55,496 nt of DNA from Deltaproteobacteria bacterium (GTDB lineage: Bacteria; Myxococcota_A; UBA9160; UBA6930). Below the pieces are notes generated by a model. It did not search any database, was not told the DNA's origin, and saw nothing but the letters and a program-made list of their open reading frames with translations. This document shows positions 28,178 to 34,381 of this stretch, in pieces. The stretch spans positions 1 to 55,496 of the forward strand of contig NYZB01000189.1 of assembly GCA_002687015.1 (NCBI GenBank), read 5' to 3'. Position numbers and translations under genes: made by a program. The first letter of the stretch is position 1. Each line of letters opens with the position of its first letter.

Positions 28178-28193
28178 AGCAAATTCTGGGCCA
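28178..28193 (-). promoter_or_regulatory. putative sigma54 promoter of the exporter operon
   Basis: TGGCCCA-GAAT-TTGCT (GG-N10-GC) ending 13 nt upstream of ATG 28164. Confidence 0.55.
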
Positions 28194-28240
28194 GCTGCTG
28201 CAGCTGCGAGGCTGCTCCTCGGGAGCTTCTGTGCGCGTGG

Positions 28241-28290
28241 GGTGCAGCTCGAAGGCGACGCTGCACCGATCCGACTGCAGCGGGCTGCAG
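28241..28290. promoter_or_regulatory. inverted repeats; candidate enhancer-binding-protein sites or terminator hairpins
   Basis: GGTGCAGC-N11-GCTGCACC (28241-28267) and CTGCAGC-GG-GCTGCAG (28275-28290). Confidence 0.4.
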
Positions 28291-28332
28291 CTCGTGCTGG
28301 CGCCGAGCCCGTCACGCCACGTCCGCTCAGTG

Positions 28333-29292
28333 TCAGAGCCGCTCGACGGGGTTGCTGAGCCTCCCGAGTCCCTCGATCTCGATTTCGCAGGGGCCCTCGC
28401 GCTTCAGGAGGTCGAGGTCTCGGAGCCCGTACCGGCCCCCCCGGACAGCTGTGCCGAAGTGGACCAGGTCTCCGGGCAGCAGCGTGAAGTACCGCGTCGC
28501 ATGCTCGAGCACCCGGGGCACGTCGAACATCAGGTTCGCGGTGCTGTCCTCGGTCACGAGCTCGCCTCCGAGCCACACCCGAACCGAGAGCGCATTCGGG
28601 TCGGGAACCTCGTCGGCGGTGACCAACCAGGGTCCGCAGGGCCCGAAGGTGTCGGTGCTCTTGGATCGCGCGTGGTAGGTGAGCTGCATGTCGCCGTGCT
28701 CGAAGCCCTCGGGCGGCGGCGTGATCCCGGGGTTCGCGAATACGATCGTGTCCTCGCTCTTGAGTCCGACCGAGGTGACGTCGTTGATGATCGTGTAGCC
28801 GAGAACGGCATCCAGCGCGTTCTCGCGCGTCAGGAACTTCGCCTCCCGGCCGACGACGAGGGCGAGCTCGGCCTCGGGATGGGTCAGGCCGTAGTCGGAG
28901 CGGATCTGGATGGCCTCGCCGTGGCCGATCAGGCTGGACGGGGCCTTGTTGAAGAAGGCCGGCTCGTCCACGTACTTCCTGGCGACCGCGGCCAGGGCGG
29001 AGTTGTTGTTGGCGACGGAGAGGATCTTCGACGGACGTCGCATGGGTGGCCGGAAGCGGATCTCGTCGATGGGAAAGGCCCGATCCCGGCAGGCGTGAGC
29101 CGCCCGGGCGCAGCGCTCGACGTCGGCCAGGAGAGCGGGTCCGCCCAGGGCGAGCTCCGTCATGTCGACGGGCCGGCGATCGGCGGGCAAGCCCGCCCGG
29201 GTCCAGGCGTCGACCAGGTCGACGATCGCCTCTTCGTCCAGGGCGATACCGATCCTCTCGATCCCCTCGGCCGCGAAGCTCGCGAGACGCAT
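28333..29292 (-). CDS. fumarylacetoacetate hydrolase family protein
   Basis: FFNKAPSS, HPEAELALVVG, GYTIINDVT, KSTDTFGPCGPW, PGDLVHFGT. Confidence 0.92.
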   Translation of the reverse strand: MRLASFAAEGIERIGIALDEEAIVDLVDAWTRAGLPADRRPVDMTELALGGPALLADVERCARAAHACRDRAFPIDEIRFRPPMRRPSKILSVANNNSALAAVARKYVDEPAFFNKAPSSLIGHGEAIQIRSDYGLTHPEAELALVVGREAKFLTRENALDAVLGYTIINDVTSVGLKSEDTIVFANPGITPPPEGFEHGDMQLTYHARSKSTDTFGPCGPWLVTADEVPDPNALSVRVWLGGELVTEDSTANLMFDVPRVLEHATRYFTLLPGDLVHFGTAVRGGRYGLRDLDLLKREGPCEIEIEGLGRLSNPVERL

Positions 29293-29295
29293 GGC

Positions 29296-30255
29296 CTAGC
29301 TTCCCGTCGTCGGGCCAGCGTGCACCAGGCCGACCGAGGCGCCGTAGGCCGGGACCGGCGCGTAGTAGTCCACCGAGGGCGGATCGCAGCCCAGCGCCTG
29401 GCTCGCAGCCGCCGCCGCGATCCAGAAATGGACCTCGGCAGCACCCAGACCACCCTGCTCCACGATCCATGCGTTCTCCCAGGAATCGAACTCCGCAAGC
29501 GAGCCGGCGCTGAGTGTGTCGAGGAATCGGCGGTCGAAGTCGGGCCGACACGGGGAGGCCGCCTCTCCCGAGGCGTAGAGCTTCGCGCCGATCAGGGTCA
29601 GATTCTCGACTCGCTCGAGCCAGGCCTCTCGCGAGAGGTCCTTGGAGCCGGGCCCATGAAGCTGGTACTGGTGGACGCCTTCCCCCGTTGCCGCGAAGTC
29701 CGGGAAGAGCGGTGACGGATCGTGGGAGAGCCCGCCCGACCCGATCACGGCGACCCGGCGCCCCGAACTCGCCAGGAAGCGGCCGACGGCTTCACCCAGC
29801 TCCCGGGAGCGAGCCGTGCTCGGGCGCGGACCCGCGATGATGCTCGTGAAGATCGGAATCACGGGATAGCGATCGAGGCCACCCGTCAGGAAGTGGATCG
29901 GCTGCGAGAAGCCGTGGTCGACCTCGAGGTCGTGGGACACGGCCACGTCGAAGCGATCCCGCCGCAGAGCGTCGGCCAGCTCGAGGGCGGCCTCCGCCGG
30001 TACGTCGAAGGCGCCCGGGAAGCCGCCGAAGTCTCCGGGCACGGCCCGCGCCGAGGCGCCCACGCAGAAGAGGGGCATCATGCGCATGTGGACGCCCGTG
30101 TAGTGGTCCGGCGCGAACATGACGATCAGCTCGGGATCGAAGCTCTCGAGCGTCTTTCGCAGCCGGCCGAAGGCGCTCATGACCTCGTCGTGTTCGTTGG
30201 GGCGCTCCGTCGTGAGGAGCGGGCTGTGGGATGCGCAGATCAACATGGAAGGCAT
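29296..30255 (-). CDS. mhpB: MhpB-like type II (LigB-fold) extradiol ring-cleavage dioxygenase
   Basis: CASHSPL, FAPDHYTG, VDHGFSQP, GSGGLSHDP; ATG 30255 with GGAG RBS. Confidence 0.8.
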   Translation of the reverse strand: MPSMLICASHSPLLTTERPNEHDEVMSAFGRLRKTLESFDPELIVMFAPDHYTGVHMRMMPLFCVGASARAVPGDFGGFPGAFDVPAEAALELADALRRDRFDVAVSHDLEVDHGFSQPIHFLTGGLDRYPVIPIFTSIIAGPRPSTARSRELGEAVGRFLASSGRRVAVIGSGGLSHDPSPLFPDFAATGEGVHQYQLHGPGSKDLSREAWLERVENLTLIGAKLYASGEAASPCRPDFDRRFLDTLSAGSLAEFDSWENAWIVEQGGLGAAEVHFWIAAAAASQALGCDPPSVDYYAPVPAYGASVGLVHAGPTTGS

Positions 30256-30260
30256 GGGGG

Positions 30261-31004
30261 TCACTCCGTGATGTCCACAAAGGTGGGGAACTTCAGCATG
30301 GCCTCGGCGTAGCTGGGGCGCGCCTTGATGCGCTCCCACCACGCCTCGGTGCGAGGGCGGAGGCCGTCCTCCCAGAACCCGGCCATGTCGAGGATCGTCA
30401 TGCGGTGCACGAAAGGCGTCCAGGTGACCTCCGCCAGTGTGTACTGCTCGCCGGCCAGCCAGGGGCCCTCTTCCAGCGCGGCCTCCAGGGTGGCGACCGC
30501 GTTCTCGAGATCTGCCGCTGCCTGGTCGAGCGCGGCCTGCGGAACGTCCTCGCCGCGGCCGACATGGGCGTGGATGGCGCCGCGTTCCGGCATCGGGTGG
30601 TTCGCGGCATAAGCGGCGAGCTCCTCCTCGCTGAGCCGCTCCATGTGCCGCTTGATGTAGCGCTGCATGGTCTGCAGGCCCACCGCGATGAGCGCCGTAT
30701 CGTCCTGCAGCTGGATGAGGGCTCGTACCCGCTCCAGGGCCGCGGGCTCCCCCGGTCGCAACGGCGGTCGGGGGAAGTGCTCGTCCAGGTACTCGATGAT
30801 GTCTGTGGACTCGCACACGACCCTTCCGTCGTGAACGAGGGTCGGTACCACGCCCTTCGGGTTCAGCTGCAGATAGTCGGGCGCCAGGTTCTCGAGCTTC
30901 ATGAGGTCCACGTGGTGCGGAACCCAGTCGAGGCCTTTTTCCGCCAGGCACACCCGCACCTTCTGTGCGCAGACCGAGTCGTTGTAGTGATAGAGCTCGA
31001 GCAC
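30261..31004 (-). CDS. glutathione S-transferase family protein (SxC active-site type)
   Basis: LYHYNDSVCAQKVR, LNPKGVVPTLVHDG, ESTDIIEYLDE, WLAGEQYTLAE; GTG 31004 with GGAGG RBS. Confidence 0.9.
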   Translation of the reverse strand: MLELYHYNDSVCAQKVRVCLAEKGLDWVPHHVDLMKLENLAPDYLQLNPKGVVPTLVHDGRVVCESTDIIEYLDEHFPRPPLRPGEPAALERVRALIQLQDDTALIAVGLQTMQRYIKRHMERLSEEELAAYAANHPMPERGAIHAHVGRGEDVPQAALDQAAADLENAVATLEAALEEGPWLAGEQYTLAEVTWTPFVHRMTILDMAGFWEDGLRPRTEAWWERIKARPSYAEAMLKFPTFVDITE

Positions 31005-31072
31005 GTCCTTGCCTCCCGTCTGGAACCAGTATTGACCCCCGCCGGGCTCCATGCGAGTTTCGAGATCGACCA

Positions 31073-31087
31073 TTTCACATAGTGAAA
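31073..31087. promoter_or_regulatory. IclR-type operator palindrome
   Basis: Perfect TTTCAC-ATA-GTGAAA between the divergent GST and IclR genes, 7 nt before the regulator ATG. Confidence 0.65.
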
Positions 31088-31094
31088 CGACTTC

Positions 31095-31859
31095 ATGCCG
31101 AGCTATCGCCCCCTCCAATCCCTCGCGCGCAGTCTCGAGGTCCTGCGTCTGCTCAACCTGCGCCCGCTCACGAGCGTCGCAGCCCTGCATCGCGACTCCG
31201 GCCTGCCCAAGCCCACCCTGGTGCGCATCCTCGAGACGCTCGTGCATGAGGGCTACGTGCTCCGCGACCCTTCCGGCGGCGGCTATCGCGTGACCAGCGC
31301 GGTGCGTTCCCTCTCCGAGGGCTTCCACGAGCCCTCGCTCGTGATCGAGAGAGTCACGCCCAGTGCCCGTGCGCTCACGGAGAAGATCCGCTGGCCACTC
31401 GCCGTCGGGCTCTTCGATCGCGACGCGATGGTGGTTCGCTTCAGCACCATCCCCGACAGCCCCCTCGCCCTCTTCCCGTCGACCGTCAACTGGCGGCTGC
31501 CCATGCTGGGGTCGGGAATGGGGCTGGCCCACCTGGCCTTCTGCCCCGCCGAGGAACGCCGCATCATCCTCCGGGCTCTGCGCCGCTCGGAGCTTCCGCA
31601 GGATGCCATCGCGCGCGATTCGGCTCGCACGAGCCGCCTGCTCGCGCGCACGCGCCAGCGCGGCTACGGGTTGCGCGCGCCCTCTCGTCCCAGGTCCGGC
31701 GACTCCGCGTCGATCTCGATCCCGATTCGCAGACCCGGCCGGGTGCTCGCCTGCTTGAGCCTCACCTACATGGCCCGGGTGATGACACCCGCGGCTGCGG
31801 CGAGGCGCTATCTCCCCGATCTGCGCGACCTCGCCGACGAAGCCGCGGGTGGATCCTGA
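31095..31859 (+). CDS. IclR-family transcriptional regulator (MhpR-like)
   Basis: N-terminal HTH SGLPKPTLVRILETLVHEGYV; RLPMLGSGMGLAHLAF, RQRGYG; divergent from the mhpB-like operon. Confidence 0.88.
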   Translation: MPSYRPLQSLARSLEVLRLLNLRPLTSVAALHRDSGLPKPTLVRILETLVHEGYVLRDPSGGGYRVTSAVRSLSEGFHEPSLVIERVTPSARALTEKIRWPLAVGLFDRDAMVVRFSTIPDSPLALFPSTVNWRLPMLGSGMGLAHLAFCPAEERRIILRALRRSELPQDAIARDSARTSRLLARTRQRGYGLRAPSRPRSGDSASISIPIRRPGRVLACLSLTYMARVMTPAAAARRYLPDLRDLADEAAGGS

Positions 31860-31874
31860 GGAAGACGCCGCCCG

Positions 31875-32603
31875 CTAGCTGCGCGCGAAGCACCAACGTT
31901 GGCGCGGCGTCGGGATCTCGAAGCGTTCCGTTCCGACGAGCCAGTGCCGCAGGAACTCGACGGCTGGCGGCCAGGGCGGAACGGGCGCGGGCTCGGGGTT
32001 CGGCGCGACCCGGAGCGTGAAGCCCGGGCCTTCTCCCCCTGTGGCCAGCTGCAGGGCCACGGCGTAGGCGCAGGCCGGCTCCTCCACCAGGCGGGCGAAG
32101 ACCGGATCCAGCGGGACGTCTCCCATCACCGCGAGCACGGCGCGATCGGGGGCCCGCTCCAGGTGGCCCAGGGCTTCGAGCAGCCCGCACCCGAAGCTGT
32201 CTTCTCGTGCGGCCAGGGAGGTCGAGGCCTGGCGGTTGCCCGTGGCGATCGAGTAGAGCCCGGCCTGGGCATTGTGGACCGTGTGGGAGAACTTGGCCGG
32301 GGAGAGCTTCTCGGCGCGGGCGACGTTCTCTAGCAGGCCCACGGACTCGTTGATGCTGCCATGGCGGGAGGAGAAGACCGTCCGTACCTGGCTCCGTTCC
32401 TCGTCGTTGCAGGCCTCCATGGCGGCCTTGAGCAGGATCTTCGAGAGCGGCGTGCAGCGGCGTCGCAGCATGGCCGGGAGGAAACGCGCGTCGGGAACCC
32501 CGTCGCCGCGCAGGGGAGCCGGTGCGGCGGCCCAGCCCTGCCAGGCTTCGGGTGTCTCCAGGCCGGGCGCCCAGGCGGCCATGCGGCGAAGCACGACCCT
32601 CAT
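31875..32603 (-). CDS. beta-ketoacyl synthase chain-length factor, ApeC-like
   Basis: PAMLRRRC, VFSSRHG, LSPAKFSHTVHNA; KS N-terminal-like, no catalytic triad; ATGA-coupled to the KS gene. Confidence 0.85.
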   Translation of the reverse strand: MRVVLRRMAAWAPGLETPEAWQGWAAAPAPLRGDGVPDARFLPAMLRRRCTPLSKILLKAAMEACNDEERSQVRTVFSSRHGSINESVGLLENVARAEKLSPAKFSHTVHNAQAGLYSIATGNRQASTSLAAREDSFGCGLLEALGHLERAPDRAVLAVMGDVPLDPVFARLVEEPACAYAVALQLATGGEGPGFTLRVAPNPEPAPVPPWPPAVEFLRHWLVGTERFEIPTPRQRWCFARS

Positions 32604-33799
32604 GCGAAGTGCCGCTCCATCACGAGGGTGCAGTTGTTGCCGCCGAAGCCGAAGGAGTTGCTGAGGGTGATGGCTCGTTCTCGAGGCGCCGCTCGCTCCC
32701 CCGGGACGGCGAGCCGGATCGGAGCCAGCTCGGGGTCGCGCTCACCGTCCCAGGCGTGAGGTGGGAGAGGCAGCGCACCGGCCTCGGCCCGATCGAGTAC
32801 GAGCCACGTGAAGGCCGCTTCGATGGCGCCGGCGGCACCGAGGGTGTGGCCGACCAGGGCCTTGGTGGAGCTGCAGGGGATGTCGCGACCGAGGACCTTG
32901 TCGACGGCGAGGCTCTCCATGACGTCGTTGAGCGGGGTTCCGGTGCCGTGCAGGTTGGCGTAGGCCACCTCCTCGGCCGGCGCGCCCGCATCGGTCAGGG
33001 CCTCCCTCATCGCCGTCTCCGCTCCGCGCCCCTCGGGGTCCGGCGCCGACATGTGATGGGCTTCGCTGGACTCGCCGACCCCGGAGAGCTGGATGCCGCT
33101 CTCCTCACCGGTCACCAGGAAGACGGCGGCTCCCTCGCCGAGGGTGAGGCCGCAGCGGTTGCGGCTCATCGGGTTGCTGACCTCGTCGGAGAGGGCGTGG
33201 AGCGCGGTGAAGCCGCCCGTGGTGAGTCCACACAGGGTGTCGGCTGCGCCCGCGACCACCGCGTCGCACAGGCCCATTCGAATCAGCGAACGCGCGGTCG
33301 CAAGGGCCCGCGCCCCCGAGGAGCAGGCGGTCGAGATCGTGAATGCCGGACCCTGCGCGCCCAGCCAGGCCGCCGTGAACTCGGCCAGCCCGCCGAACTC
33401 GAGCTGGGCGTAGTCGAAGGAGGGTGCCAGCTCGCTCGTCTCCTGATGGTGTCGGATCGCCACCTCGGCATCGGACACGCCGGAGGTGCTCGTGCCCATC
33501 ACCACGCCCATCCGCTCGGCGCCATGGCGGGCGAGGGCCCGGGCCACCGGCGCCTCGATCTGCCGCAGGGCCGCCAGGGCCATGGCGTTGTTGCGGCAGG
33601 CGAAACGAGCCAGCTCTGCGGGTATCTCGGGGAGGGTCTCGTGGACCGCTCCCACGATCAGGGCACGGTCCGGTACCAGATCGCTGCGGGTCGAGAGCCG
33701 GCTCTGGTCCCCTGCGAGCAGGCGCGGCAGGATGGCCTCGGGCTCGTCTCCCAGGGCGTGCACCATGCCCATGGCTGCGAGGGAGCAGGGGGCAGGCAT
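32600..33799 (-). CDS. beta-ketoacyl-ACP synthase, ApeO-like
   Basis: GTSTSG, STACSSG, NLHGTGT, GHTLGAAG, SNSFGFGGNN. Confidence 0.93.
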   Translation of the reverse strand: MPAPCSLAAMGMVHALGDEPEAILPRLLAGDQSRLSTRSDLVPDRALIVGAVHETLPEIPAELARFACRNNAMALAALRQIEAPVARALARHGAERMGVVMGTSTSGVSDAEVAIRHHQETSELAPSFDYAQLEFGGLAEFTAAWLGAQGPAFTISTACSSGARALATARSLIRMGLCDAVVAGAADTLCGLTTGGFTALHALSDEVSNPMSRNRCGLTLGEGAAVFLVTGEESGIQLSGVGESSEAHHMSAPDPEGRGAETAMREALTDAGAPAEEVAYANLHGTGTPLNDVMESLAVDKVLGRDIPCSSTKALVGHTLGAAGAIEAAFTWLVLDRAEAGALPLPPHAWDGERDPELAPIRLAVPGERAAPRERAITLSNSFGFGGNNCTLVMERHFA

Positions 33800-33859
33800 G
33801 GCGACACGATACCCGCTGCTCGCAGAGCGGGCCCACCGCGTCGGTGCCTCCATACACGA

Positions 33860-33885
33860 CCGGCCGGAGTCGAAGCTCCGGCCGG
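33860..33885 (-). terminator. hairpin, candidate terminator of the 33913-34215 gene
   Basis: CCGGCCGGAG-tcgaag-CTCCGGCCGG perfect 10-bp stem; weak U-tract. Confidence 0.5.
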
Positions 33886-33912
33886 CGTGGGGTGCTTGCG
33901 GGGTTGGGGGGG

Positions 33913-34215
33913 CTAGAAGACGGAGCCGCCGTTGAAGGGGGTCTGGATCGGCAGCGCCTGGTTGAGGACCTCGCTGCGGAGGTCGATGTGGTTGGTCACG
34001 AGAGCTCCGGGCGCTGCGCGCCTGGAGCTGAGGTAGGGCTTTCCACGCCAGCGCTCCCGGGTGGTGAGCCGGCGCTCCGGGGTGGTGGCGGTGGATTCGA
34101 TCGCAGTGTCGCGAGAGACGGCGGGTTCGTCGCTCGAGGTGATCGGGGAATCCGCCAGGGCCGGGCTGGCCAGGAACAGGCTGGCAAAGACGGCAAAGGA
34201 GCGGATGCGGGTCAT
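33913..34215 (-). CDS. small secreted hypothetical protein (100 aa)
   Basis: MTRIRSFAVFASLFLASPALA signal peptide, GGAGA RBS, own sigma54 promoter. Confidence 0.75.
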   Translation of the reverse strand: MTRIRSFAVFASLFLASPALADSPITSSDEPAVSRDTAIESTATTPERRLTTRERWRGKPYLSSRRAAPGALVTNHIDLRSEVLNQALPIQTPFNGGSVF

Positions 34216-34251
34216 CGGGTCTCTCCGGTAGGGCGCATGGATCCCATAGAA

Positions 34252-34268
34252 AGCAAGGAACGTGCCAA
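34252..34268 (-). promoter_or_regulatory. sigma54 promoter
   Basis: TTGGCACG-TTCC-TTGCT, an exact match to the -24/-12 consensus, 36 nt upstream of ATG 34215. Confidence 0.85.
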
Positions 34269-34381
34269 CCCCGCGAGCCACCTCGAGCTAGCTGAGAGCT
34301 CTACGCCGCCTGAAGAGGCGGTCTTCCGCAGCCCAAGGCGTCAGGGTGCCGCCTCACGCGGCGCCTCCGTTGGCGTTGGAA

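Noticed and set aside
33913-34215. RiPP precursor peptide
   Set aside because: It has a Sec-type signal peptide, no leader or core motif, and no RiPP maturase nearby
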